A stretch of 64,000 nucleotides of DNA from a bacterium. GTDB taxonomy: Bacteria; UBA8248. This document shows, piece after piece, positions 18,090 to 29,302 of the stretch. The DNA lies in assembly GCA_965261085.1 (NCBI GenBank), contig OZ253442.1:1504001-1568000 (forward strand), in the 5' to 3' direction. The position numbers were made by a program, and so were the translations under genes. Under the pieces are notes generated by a model. That model worked only from the letters and a program-made list of their open reading frames with translations. It was not told the DNA's origin and did not search any database. Position 1 is the first letter of the stretch. Every line of letters starts with the position of its first letter.

Positions 18090-19459
18090 GCGCACGCCTC
18101 GCGGATTGACTCATCCAGAACGCGCACCATCCAGCTTATCTCCTCGTTCGTCACACAGTAGGGTGGCATCAGGACGACCACGTCGCCTAAGGGCCGCACG
18201 GCGAGGCCGCGCTTTCTCGCCGCCAGGATGACCGCGCGCCCTTTGCGCTCCGCGGGCGTGTAGGGTTCTTTCGTCTCCTTGTCTTTCAGGAGTTCCACGC
18301 CCACCATCCAGCCCAGGCCGCGAACGTCGCCCACGTGGGCCGCGCTTTTCAGTTTTTCGAGTTCGCTCCACAGGTGGGCTATCTTGGGCGCGTTGTTTTC
18401 AATCGTTTTTTCCCGCTCGAAAATATCGAGATTCGCCAGCGCGGCGGCGCAGCCCAGGGGGTTTCCCGTGTAGGAGTGTCCGTGAAAAAACGCGCGGCCC
18501 ATCTCGGGCGGGCCGCGAAAGGCGTCGAATATCTCCTCGGTAGCCAGCGTCGCCGCCAGCGGCAGATAACCGCCCGTGATTCCCTTGGCCACGCACAGGA
18601 TGTCGGGCGCCACGCCTTCGTGCTCGCAGGCGAACATGGGGCCTGTGCGCGCAAAGCCCGTGGCCACCTCATCCGCGATGAGGAGCACGTCGTTATCGGT
18701 ACATGCTTCGCGCACTTTCATTAGAAAGCCGGGTGGTTGAACGATCATCCCCGCCGCCCCCTGCACCATGGGTTCTAGGACCACGGCGGCGAGATGAGGC
18801 GCGTTTTCTGCGATCTGATGCGCCATTTCATCGCCCGCGCAGACGGAGCAAGGCGGCTGCTCGGCCCCCCTCGGGCACCAGAAGCAATAGGGCGCCTCGG
18901 CCCGCATGGTCTGGAACAACAATGGCCCGAAGATGTGGTGAAACAAGTCGATTCCGCCGAGTGATATCGCGCCGACCGTATCGCCGTGGTAGGCGAGGTT
19001 TAACGTCAGGAACCTGTCTTTCTCAGGCTTTGGGGTCTTTCTTTGTTTCTGGAACTGAAAGGCCATCTTGAGCGCGATTTCCACCGCCGTGGCGCCTGAA
19101 TCCGAATAGAAGACGCGGGTGAGGCCCGCCGGTGCGATCTGCGTGAGCTTTTCCGCAAGTTCTATAGCGGCGGGGTTCGCCATGCCCAGTTGGGTGGTGT
19201 GGGCGATCCGCCCAAGCTGCGCGCGAACCGCACTGTCGATCTCTTCTTTTCGGTGTCCGTGGATGTTCACCCACAAAGAAGATACGCCGTCGAGATATCG
19301 CTTGCCCTCCACGTCGATGAGGTATGCCCCCTCGCCGCGCTCGGCGATGAGAGGCGGGTCCTCGCTCTCCCATTCGTCCATGGGGGTGAAGGGATGCCAG
19401 AGATGCCTTCTGTCCGCCGCTATCAAGCGGGCGAGGCGTTCGGCTTCGTCGGTGCTCAT
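18086..19459 (-). CDS. bioA: Adenosylmethionine-8-amino-7-oxononanoate aminotransferase
   Basis: LWHPFT, DGVSSLWVNIHGH, SDSGATAVEIALKMA, YHGDT, DEVATGF, KGITGGYLPL and HGHSYTGNP. Confidence 0.95.
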   Translation of the reverse strand: MSTDEAERLARLIAADRRHLWHPFTPMDEWESEDPPLIAERGEGAYLIDVEGKRYLDGVSSLWVNIHGHRKEEIDSAVRAQLGRIAHTTQLGMANPAAIELAEKLTQIAPAGLTRVFYSDSGATAVEIALKMAFQFQKQRKTPKPEKDRFLTLNLAYHGDTVGAISLGGIDLFHHIFGPLLFQTMRAEAPYCFWCPRGAEQPPCSVCAGDEMAHQIAENAPHLAAVVLEPMVQGAAGMIVQPPGFLMKVREACTDNDVLLIADEVATGFARTGPMFACEHEGVAPDILCVAKGITGGYLPLAATLATEEIFDAFRGPPEMGRAFFHGHSYTGNPLGCAAALANLDIFEREKTIENNAPKIAHLWSELEKLKSAAHVGDVRGLGWMVGVELLKDKETKEPYTPAERKGRAVILAARKRGLAVRPLGDVVVLMPPYCVTNEEISWMVRVLDESIREACA

Positions 19460-20235
19460 GAGGGGCGTTCGGCCAGTATGACTGCTTCTTGCTCATCGAA
19501 GGCGTATTCGCCGTCCTCCTCGCGCGGGTCGAGCCAGTAGGATATCGCGGGCGAGGCGGTTTCGAGATATTCGCGAAGCGCCGCCTTGTCCTCATCCGTG
19601 AGATGGGGGCGCTGCACCCAGTGGGAGAGCACCATCTTCTTCCTCAAGGTCTCGGAATATAGGACGCGAAAGCCCGCGGCTTCCAGCATTTCCACCAGGC
19701 CGGGCAGGCTGTCGCAGCGGTTGTGGCTCGGGTCGCGCCGGCGCTCGAAATCGTTATAACTATCGAGTTCCTTGGGTTCTTCGGGCGCGATGTTGTCGAT
19801 GTAGACGAGCCTGCCCCCAGGTTTGAGCACCCGGAACATCTCGCGCATCGAGGCCTCGACGTCCGTGAAATGATGCGGCGCGATGCGCACCGACACCGAA
19901 TCGAGCGAGCCCGTCTGAACGGAGATGTTCTCGGCGTCAGTTCTGAGATATGAGACGTTCCTGATTCCTTTTTCCTTCCCGAGCCTGCGCGCGGAGTCGA
20001 GCATGCCGCCGGTCAAATCGCTCGCGATGACGTGGCTGCACTTGTCCGCCATCTGGTAGGCCGTGTGACCCGCGCCCGTGGCTATATCGAGATGCACGCC
20101 GCCGCTCGGGTTCAGCACCTCGGCTGCGCGCGCGAGAGAGTTGCTCCGCGCGTGGGGCGCACTGGTGACGTAGTAGTCCGAATCCTGGTTGTATATCTTC
20201 TGTACGGCCTCTCGCTGTTCCCTGGACGTGTCCAT
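19456..20235 (-). CDS. Class I SAM-dependent methyltransferase (UbiE/YcgJ-like)
   Basis: Y.TS..HA, LDIATGAGHTA, RIAPHHF, RVLKPGG and RDPSH. The stop overlaps the bioA start. Confidence 0.88.
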   Translation of the reverse strand: MDTSREQREAVQKIYNQDSDYYVTSAPHARSNSLARAAEVLNPSGGVHLDIATGAGHTAYQMADKCSHVIASDLTGGMLDSARRLGKEKGIRNVSYLRTDAENISVQTGSLDSVSVRIAPHHFTDVEASMREMFRVLKPGGRLVYIDNIAPEEPKELDSYNDFERRRDPSHNRCDSLPGLVEMLEAAGFRVLYSETLRKKMVLSHWVQRPHLTDEDKAALREYLETASPAISYWLDPREEDGEYAFDEQEAVILAERPS

Positions 20236-20311
20236 TCTGCCCCTCATCGTAAGTTGGAAATCGGTCTGCGGGGGGGAGTATTTCCCGAAAATCGGTTTTG
20301 GGGCAAGCGGC

Positions 20312-20938
20312 CTAGAGGGTTCTCAAAACCGCGCGGGCGGGCGCGCCGTCGCGTCCCGTGAACAGGGCGGGCAGGGCGATGAGCTCGTAATCGCCCTCGG
20401 GCGCATCGCTAAGATTCAAGCCTTCGAGCAGGACGACGCCTAAGGGCATCAGCAGCCGATGCACGGGCGCGTCGCCCTCAGGCGGATCCACGGAGAGGTA
20501 ATCCACGCCCAGGAGAGTCATTCCGTTATCGAGCAGAAGCTGCGCGGCTTCCGGCGTCATATGGCGAAAATGGGGGTCGAATGGCTTCTCCCACCATTTT
20601 CCCTCTGAGTTGCGCGTCTTGATGAGAAAGCGCGTAGCGCCCTCCAGATTTTTCGCCGAGAGTTCTTCCGCCGTGATGCACTCGTGGTTTTCTATCGCGA
20701 TCACCCGGGCGGGGCCCATGAGGGTGTCCAGGGAGAGCGCCTCCACACCGCCCTCGCCGGGCAGGAAGTGGATGGGCGCGTCCACGTGAGTGCCCGTATG
20801 CAGACATAGGCTCGCCTCGGTCAGGCAGACCGGATCCCCCGCCTCGAAAGAAGCGTGAAAGCGCAGCTTTGGTTCCGGATCCCCGGGCCAGAGGGGCATT
20901 CCCTCGCGTATAGGGACGCTGATGTCGATGATGGCCAT
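20312..20938 (-). CDS. Cyclase family / kynurenine formamidase-like protein, copy 2
   Basis: IIDISVP, WPGDP, HTGTHVDAPIH, GVDYLSV, LLEGLNL and DGAPARAVL. ATG follows GGAGGAGAGG. Confidence 0.9.
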   Translation of the reverse strand: MAIIDISVPIREGMPLWPGDPEPKLRFHASFEAGDPVCLTEASLCLHTGTHVDAPIHFLPGEGGVEALSLDTLMGPARVIAIENHECITAEELSAKNLEGATRFLIKTRNSEGKWWEKPFDPHFRHMTPEAAQLLLDNGMTLLGVDYLSVDPPEGDAPVHRLLMPLGVVLLEGLNLSDAPEGDYELIALPALFTGRDGAPARAVLRTL

Positions 20939-21072
20939 GCCTCTCCTCCCGCCGCCAAGATAGCAGAAAACGGCTGTCGACTCCTGGGAGAGAGGATGTT
21001 CCATGTCGAGGCGAACTCCATATTCGGGTGTCGTTCCGCGTCGGGGATGAGACAATCGGATTCGAGACGGGC

Positions 21073-21702
21073 CTAGAGGGTTCTCAAAACCGCGCGGGCG
21101 GGCGCGCCGTCGCGTCCCGTGAACAGGGCGGGCAGGGCGATGAGTTCATAATCGCCCTCTGGCGCATCGCTAAGATTCAAGCCTTCGAGCAGGACGACGC
21201 CCAAGGGCATCAGCAGCATGTGGACGGGCGCGTTGGGGTCGGGCGCATCCACGCCGAGATAATCCACGCCCAGTAGTTCCATCCCGTGGTCGTAGAGAAG
21301 CTGGCCGGCTTCCGCCGTCATGTGGCAGTAATTGGGGTGATATGGTTTCGCCCACCATCCCTCATCGGAGTTTCGCGTCTTGATGAGAAATCGCGTGGCG
21401 CCCTCCAGATTTTTCGTCGAGAGTTCTTCCGCCGTGATGCACTCGTGGTTTTCTATCGCGATCACCCGGGCGGGGCCCATGAGGGTTTCCAGGTCGAGCG
21501 TCTCGATGCCGCCCGCATCATGCAGGTAGTGCATGGGCGCGTCGAGATGCGTGCCGGTGTGCACGCCGAAGACGGCTTCGGTGAGGCAGACGTCGTCTCC
21601 CGCATCGAAGGATGTGTGAAAGCGCATCGAAAGCCCCGGATTCCCGGGATAGATGGGCATTTTTCCTTCTTCTACGGGAACCGAGATGTCGATGATGTCC
21701 AT
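21073..21702 (-). CDS. Cyclase family / kynurenine formamidase-like protein, copy 1
   Basis: IIDISVP, YPGNP, HTGTHLDAPMH, GVDYL and DGAPARAVL. Confidence 0.9.
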   Translation of the reverse strand: MDIIDISVPVEEGKMPIYPGNPGLSMRFHTSFDAGDDVCLTEAVFGVHTGTHLDAPMHYLHDAGGIETLDLETLMGPARVIAIENHECITAEELSTKNLEGATRFLIKTRNSDEGWWAKPYHPNYCHMTAEAGQLLYDHGMELLGVDYLGVDAPDPNAPVHMLLMPLGVVLLEGLNLSDAPEGDYELIALPALFTGRDGAPARAVLRTL

Positions 21703-21870
21703 GCGCTTTCCTCCGGCGGGATGGGGCGGGATGGATGAGGCCAGAATATCAAAAAATGGCGGCAGGTGTCCAAGAGGGGGTTTTGGATGCGTTGGGCGAG
21801 GGAAGCGAACAGAGAGGGATGATGAAATTTATGGGAAATCCCAAGCGAAGCCGACGAAACCTTTTGCGCC

Positions 21871-23571
21871 TCAGACGCCGTCGACCTCAGAGTCTACCGG
21901 CGGGGTATAGAACAGGAAATCCGAGGCGTCCATATCATCGGTATCGACGTTCTCCAACGTGATCGAGCCGCCACCGTGAGCGGTGAGGTCGATAACGGTG
22001 TCATCCCCGTCCGCCGTGATCGTCAAATCCCCGATGCCTGTAATGCCCTTGATCGCGGTGAGGTCGATCGCGTCTTCGCCGTCGGTGAAATCCGTGATTA
22101 TATCGTTTCCATTATCGTCTTCGAATATGAATTGGTCCGTGCCTGCACCACCTGTGAGCGTGTCGTTCCCCGCCCTGCCGTATAACTTGTCCCAGTCTGC
22201 GCCGCCATAAAGCGTGTCGTCGCCTGCCTGGCCGTTGAGCAGATCACTCCCTTCGCCCCCATACAGCGTATCTTCATCACTGCCGCCATAGAGCCAATCG
22301 CCGCCTGAGCCGCCATACAACGTATTTTCGCCGGAGGTATCGGCAAGCAGATCGTTGCCTTCCCCGCCGTAGAGCTTGTCGTCTCCCGCGTCGCCATACA
22401 CGCGATCGGCGCCGCCGCCGCCCACGAGCGTGTCGTTTCCTGTACCGCCATGAAGCGCATCGTTGCCGGCGCCGCCTCGGAGGTAGTCGTCGCCGGCATT
22501 TCCGTGGATTTCGTCTTTATCTCCAAGGCCGTCATATCTGTCGTCACCCGAGGTCCCCTGGAACGTGTCCCTGCCATCGGTCCCGTACTGCCAGTCATCG
22601 TAATCCTCGACCGGAGGAGGCCCCGAGTCGGCGAAAATGAAGTCCCCTGCGTCAAGATTGTCGAGAGCGGTGCCATCAAGAAAGATGGTGCCGCCCCCGT
22701 TTTTGGTGAGGTCGATGGTGACGCCGTCATCGCTTTCAGTGATGCTCAGGTCGTTGAAGTTCGTGATCCCGGCAATCCCGGTCAGATCGATTTTGTCTGC
22801 CCCGGCGGTAAAATCGTAGATGGTGTCGTCTCCATGACCTGTGGCGAAAACGAATACGTCGTCCCCGCCATCGCCGTACATTTTATCGTCGCCGGTTCCG
22901 CCCACGATGGCGTCGGCTCCTGCGCCCCCCTCAAGGATGTCATCACCCTCGCCGCCGTAGAGTTCGTCGTCGCCTTCGTGGCCCGCCAGGCTGTCGGCTC
23001 CGGTCCCGCCATAGAGGGCGTCTTCGCCTGCGCCGCCTCTGAGAAAATCAGCGCCTTCATCGCCCTCGATGGTGTCGTCGCCCTCTCCACCATCAATGGT
23101 GTCGTTCCCTTCGCCGCCCGTGAGGGTATCTGCTCCACCCCCGCCGTATAGCAGGTCCGCAGCGGCGCCGCCCGTTATAGAGTCGTCCCCGCCGCCGCCT
23201 TCGATTCGGTCACCGTCGTCGTCGGCTTGGAGGACGTCGTTTGCCGAGGTGCCGCCGCCGTCCAGCCGAGAAAAAATGAAATCCCCGGCGTCCAGTTCAT
23301 CCAGGGAAAACTCTTGGAGAAGTATCGTGCCGCCGCCGTGTGCGGTGAGGTCGATCGTGACGCCGTTATCATCCGAAGTGATGGTCAGGTCGGAAAAGTT
23401 CGATATGCTGGAAAACGCGCTGAGGTCGATGAGGTCTTGCCCGTTGGTGAAGCCGGTGATGGTGTCGTTCCCGTAACTTGGGGCGATAACGAAGGTGTCG
23501 GCGTTCTCGGTTCCCGAGAGCGTTTCGTCGCCGTCTCCACCGGAAATCACATTGCGGTTATCGTCAGGCAT
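21871..23571 (-). CDS. RTX (hemolysin-type Ca-binding repeat) protein
   Basis: Many GGxGxDxLx nonapeptides plus three copies of a G.D.I.DF..G.D.IDL...DLTIT...TIDLT..GGG.I.L...DF.F module. Very acidic, no signal peptide. Confidence 0.9.
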   Translation of the reverse strand: MPDDNRNVISGGDGDETLSGTENADTFVIAPSYGNDTITGFTNGQDLIDLSAFSSISNFSDLTITSDDNGVTIDLTAHGGGTILLQEFSLDELDAGDFIFSRLDGGGTSANDVLQADDDGDRIEGGGGDDSITGGAAADLLYGGGGADTLTGGEGNDTIDGGEGDDTIEGDEGADFLRGGAGEDALYGGTGADSLAGHEGDDELYGGEGDDILEGGAGADAIVGGTGDDKMYGDGGDDVFVFATGHGDDTIYDFTAGADKIDLTGIAGITNFNDLSITESDDGVTIDLTKNGGGTIFLDGTALDNLDAGDFIFADSGPPPVEDYDDWQYGTDGRDTFQGTSGDDRYDGLGDKDEIHGNAGDDYLRGGAGNDALHGGTGNDTLVGGGGADRVYGDAGDDKLYGGEGNDLLADTSGENTLYGGSGGDWLYGGSDEDTLYGGEGSDLLNGQAGDDTLYGGADWDKLYGRAGNDTLTGGAGTDQFIFEDDNGNDIITDFTDGEDAIDLTAIKGITGIGDLTITADGDDTVIDLTAHGGGSITLENVDTDDMDASDFLFYTPPVDSEVDGV

Positions 23572-23646
23572 TTCGAGTCCTAATTATGATATGTGAGAAA
23601 GAATAACCCAATTCCCCGGCCTTGGGAAATTCGAATATCTCCCTTG

Positions 23647-24753
23647 TTATTCGTGCACGACGACGCTGCGGGCCACCTCGCCGTTCAGGAGCGCCTCGTA
23701 CGCCTCGTTGATCTGTGTGATGGGCCACTCCTTGGTGAGCAGATCGTCGAGATTCAGTTTTCCGGCCATGTAGAGATCGATGAGCCGGGGCACGAAGAGG
23801 CGCGGGTTGGATGAGCCGTAGAGGGAGCCGATGAGCCGTTTTTCCTCCGTCACCAGGACCGTGGGGGGAATCGACATTTTCGTCTTCACGCCCGCGATGC
23901 CTACGATGACGGCCGTGCCGCCCGTGCGCACGCTGTCGAACGCGGTGGACATCACCTCGGGCACGCCGATGAACTCGAAGGCGTAGTGCGCGCCCTTGCC
24001 GCCGGTGATCTCGCGGATGGCCTCTATCGCGTCCTCATCGGAGGAGTTCACCGTGTGGGTCGCGCCGAATTTTTTCGCCATCTCGAGTTTGTTCTGCATC
24101 AGGTCGATCGCGATGATGGGATCAGCCCCTATGAGGGCCGCCCCCTGAATCGCGTTCAGCCCCACGCCGCCCGCGCCGAACACGGCCACGCTCTCGCCCG
24201 GGGCCACCTTGGCGGCGTTCACCACAGCGCCCACGCCCGTGATGACGGCGCAGCTCAACACCGCCGCCTTCTCGAGCGACATGTCTTCTCTTATCTTGAG
24301 CACCGATTTCTCGGACATCACCGAGTGGGAACTGAACGTGGAGACGCCGAGAAAGTGGTGCACCTTCTCGCCGTTGACGGAAAAGCGCGTCGTTCCGTCC
24401 GAGAGCGTGCCGTCGGCCCGCATGCGGATGCCCTCGCCGCAGATGGCGGGCCGGTTCGAGAGGCAGAGCTCGCACGCGCCGCAGCTGTAGCGCCAGACGG
24501 ATACCACGTGATCGCCGGGCTTCACGGAGGTCACGCCGGGGCCTACTTCTTCCACTATCCCTGCGCCCTCATGGCCCATGACGATGGGAGTGGGCACCGG
24601 AAACAAGCCCACCATGGCGTGGTGGTCGCTGTGGCAGACGCCGCCCGCTCGGTAGTGCACGAGCACCTCGCCCGCCTTGGGCGGGGCCAACTCGATGGTT
24701 TCGATGGTCATCGGTTTGCCGACTTCGTGGAAGATGGCTGCTTTCATGGGCAT
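23647..24753 (-). CDS. Zn-dependent alcohol dehydrogenase (class III-like MDR)
   Basis: GVCHSD, GHEGAG, C-C-C-C structural Zn, SCAVITG and GAGGVG. Confidence 0.92.
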   Translation of the reverse strand: MPMKAAIFHEVGKPMTIETIELAPPKAGEVLVHYRAGGVCHSDHHAMVGLFPVPTPIVMGHEGAGIVEEVGPGVTSVKPGDHVVSVWRYSCGACELCLSNRPAICGEGIRMRADGTLSDGTTRFSVNGEKVHHFLGVSTFSSHSVMSEKSVLKIREDMSLEKAAVLSCAVITGVGAVVNAAKVAPGESVAVFGAGGVGLNAIQGAALIGADPIIAIDLMQNKLEMAKKFGATHTVNSSDEDAIEAIREITGGKGAHYAFEFIGVPEVMSTAFDSVRTGGTAVIVGIAGVKTKMSIPPTVLVTEEKRLIGSLYGSSNPRLFVPRLIDLYMAGKLNLDDLLTKEWPITQINEAYEALLNGEVARSVVVHE

Positions 24754-24912
24754 GCTCCTCGGTCGATGGGTATGCGCAAGGTTCGCTGAACCTGAGGCGA
24801 TATCTTGTATTTTCTCGTATTCTTACCCGAAAACGGGGTGAATTGCACACGCTGGTTCGTGTTTCGGCGTTGCAACTCGGGGAGCATCCGTATATGCTCC
24901 GGGGGGAAAGTT

Positions 24913-24998
24913 CCTGCTAGGGGTGTATGTGCTGAGAGCCTGAAGTCGCGGGCAACCCTTGGAACCTGCACTGGGTAATTCCAGCGAAGGGAAGCGGG
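24913..24998 (+). ncRNA. TPP riboswitch (THI element)
   Basis: GGGGTG...GCTGAGA...AACCC..GAACCTG.ACTGGGTAATTCCAGCGAAGGGA, directly upstream of thiS-thiG-thiE. Confidence 0.88.
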
Positions 24999-25020
24999 CC
25001 TGAGAATGCAGTCGTCTTTG

Positions 25021-25051
25021 GCCGCTCCCGAATCGCGGGGCGGCTTTTTTT
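25021..25051 (+). terminator. Riboswitch expression-platform terminator
   Basis: GCCGCTCC...GGGGCGGC followed by TTTTTTT, between the aptamer and thiS. Confidence 0.8.
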
Positions 25052-25094
25052 GATGGAATGTTTTATATGGGAAGCCGACTCAGGAGATGAATTC

Positions 25095-25295
25095 TTGCAA
25101 GTCCGGGTGAACGGAGAGGACAGGGAGCTGGATGCGGGCGCGACGATAGCCGCTCTTCTGGAATCCATGTCGCTCGAAGTCAACGGCATCGCCGTGGCGC
25201 TCAACATGGAAATTGTCCGCCGGGGCGAATACGGGGACACGCATTTATCGGATGGAGATGAGGTCGAGATTGTCCGCGCCGTGGGCGGGGGCTGA
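25095..25295 (+). CDS. thiS: Sulfur carrier protein ThiS
   Basis: VRVNGE...IAVALNMEIV...GDEVEIVRAVGGG. TTG start after AGGAG. Confidence 0.93.
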   Translation: MQVRVNGEDRELDAGATIAALLESMSLEVNGIAVALNMEIVRRGEYGDTHLSDGDEVEIVRAVGGG

Positions 25296-25347
25296 TCATA
25301 AATAAAAACGGGCGCGGCCTTGGGAGCCTGCGCCGGGAGGGTGTGTG

Positions 25348-26121
25348 ATGAGCACTTATGAGATCGGGGGCAGAACTTTTACTTCCCGCCTTTTGGTGGG
25401 TTCGGGCAAATATCCGAGTTTCGCCGTGATGCGCGATGCGCTCGAAGCGAGCGGAACGGAGATGGTCACCGTCGCCGTGCGCCGCGTGGACCTGGAAGAT
25501 GATTCTTCCGAGGGTTTCTGGGCGCATTTCGATAAAGAAAAATATACGATGCTGCCCAACACGGCGGGCTGCTACGACGTGAAGAGCGCGGTGACGACGG
25601 CGAGGCTCGCGCGCGAGGCCACGGGGTCTGATTTCGTGAAGGTCGAGGTCATCGGCGATGAGGACACGCTCTTCCCGGATAACGAGGGCCTGCTCGAAGC
25701 GTGTAAAATCCTGCTGGATGACGGCTTCATCGTCCTGCCCTACTGCATTGATGATCCCGTAATCTGCAAGAAGCTCGAACAGTTGGGCTGCCACGCCGTC
25801 ATGCCCCTCGCCGCGCCGATCGGCTCGGGCTTAGGCATACGAAACCCTTACAACCTCCAGATCATCATGCAGCAGATTTCGGTTCCCGTCATCGTGGACG
25901 CGGGCGTGGGCACGGCTTCGGACGCCGCGGTGGCGATGGAACTGGGCGCGACCGCCGTCTTGATGCAGACGGCCATCGCGGGCGCCGATGATCCGGTAAA
26001 GATGGCGCGCGCCATGAACCTGGGCGTCGAGGCGGGCAGGCTCGCGCATGAGGCCGGGCGCATTCCCATGAAGCTCTACGCCACGGCGTCGAGCCCGCTG
26101 GCGGGCGTCATCGGTTCTTGA
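25348..26121 (+). CDS. thiG: Thiazole synthase
   Basis: [37 protein letters not shown] and [11 protein letters not shown]. Confidence 0.96.
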   Translation: MSTYEIGGRTFTSRLLVGSGKYPSFAVMRDALEASGTEMVTVAVRRVDLEDDSSEGFWAHFDKEKYTMLPNTAGCYDVKSAVTTARLAREATGSDFVKVEVIGDEDTLFPDNEGLLEACKILLDDGFIVLPYCIDDPVICKKLEQLGCHAVMPLAAPIGSGLGIRNPYNLQIIMQQISVPVIVDAGVGTASDAAVAMELGATAVLMQTAIAGADDPVKMARAMNLGVEAGRLAHEAGRIPMKLYATASSPLAGVIGS

Positions 26122-26140
26122 GATCGGCTTCGCGAAGACT

Positions 26141-26767
26141 TTGGAATCATTAAAACTCGACCCGCTCTATCTCATCACGGACAGGAACGCTCTCCCGTCA
26201 GGCGATCTCCCGCGCGCGCTGGAGGCCGCCTTCGCAGGCGGGGTGCGCTTCGTTCAGTTCCGGGAAAAGGATTTACCCTACGAGGAGCGTTTGAGCCTGG
26301 GGAGAGAAGTCGCCTCCCTCGCCGATGAACACGGCGCGCGACTGCTGGTGAACGGCGACCTCGAACTGGCCGAAGCCCTGAGCGCGGACGGCGTACACCT
26401 CGGCAAGGGCACGGTGAGTGTCTCGGCGGTGCGCGCGAGGGGGTATGCGGGCGTCATCGGCTATTCCGCCCACTCGGGAGTTGAGGCCGCGGGCGCGTTC
26501 GCCCAAGGCGCTGATTTCGTGACGCTGAGCCCGGTTTTCCCCACCAACAGCAAATTCTCATCCGGCCCCGTTTTGGGCCTTGATGCCTTCGAGCGCGAAC
26601 TCGCTGTCGCAGGCGGACCCGTCTATGCCTTGGGCGGCGTGGAGGCTGCGAACGCCTCCGCGTGTGTTGAGAGAGGCGCGCACGGGGTGGCGCTCATCGG
26701 CGCGATCCTGGGAGCCCGCGACCCCGCGCAGGCGGCGCGGGAGGTGCGGGCGGCGCTCGCGCTTTGA
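26141..26767 (+). CDS. thiE: Thiamine-phosphate synthase / TenI family
   Basis: LYLITD, VQFREK, DGVHLG, SAH, SPVFPTNSK and ALGG. NG instead of ND leaves TenI possible. Confidence 0.78.
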   Translation: MESLKLDPLYLITDRNALPSGDLPRALEAAFAGGVRFVQFREKDLPYEERLSLGREVASLADEHGARLLVNGDLELAEALSADGVHLGKGTVSVSAVRARGYAGVIGYSAHSGVEAAGAFAQGADFVTLSPVFPTNSKFSSGPVLGLDAFERELAVAGGPVYALGGVEAANASACVERGAHGVALIGAILGARDPAQAAREVRAALAL

Positions 26768-26880
26768 TCGCGCCGGTGCGCTTCTCCGCGCGCCTACTTG
26801 AGAAATCCCCCCGAATACACAACAATAGCGAAAAATCGCCAAAGATATAATTTCACATGACCGAGCCGGGAGGTTATCTC

Positions 26881-28836
<1,956 letters not shown>

Positions 28837-28841
28837 GTACA

Positions 28842-28992
28842 GTAGGGACAACCTCCTGTGGTTGTCCGTTCTCGGGATAAGCGCGATCGGGACAGGTGCG
28901 GGGTCTATTTTGTGTCTGCGATTCTCCCCCGTAGGGGCGCTTCGTGAAGCGCCCGCTTCCTCCTACAAGGGCCGTTCGCGAACGGCCCCTAC
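28842..28992. repeat. Cluster of GTAG-type REP palindromes
   Basis: GTAGGGACAACC..GGTTGTCC, GTAGGGGCGCTTCGTGAAGCGCCC, and an inverted GGGCCGTTCGCGAACGGCCCCTAC. Confidence 0.75.
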
Positions 28993-29057
28993 GGTTCATT
29001 TCCGACTAAAGTGGGAGGAAATCTCGCCAAGACAATAATAGCGAGGTAAGCGGAAAC

Positions 29058-29230
29058 ACTCCCCCCTTCAGGGTCATTTCCGACCGAAGAGAGAGGGAAT
29101 GTCGCAGAGGCCGAGCCGTTTAAGCGACGGCTGATGCGGTGGGGGGTATGATTCTAAAATAAAAGCTCCCCCCACCGGTTCGCTTGCGGGCTGCGCCCTT
29201 AACTCACCGACTCCCCCTCAAGGGGGGAGT
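29058..29230. mobile_element. MITE-like element, same family as 15727-16176
   Basis: ACTCCCCCCTTCAGGGTCA...CTCCCCCTCAAGGGGGGAGT ends, with internal GGTGGGGGG / CCCCCCAC arms. Confidence 0.7.
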
Positions 29231-29302
29231 AATTCTAATCGGGGCTGTTGAGTACATAAATATCAAGAAGAACGCCGACCGTCTCGGCGAAAAGGAGCAC
29301 CC

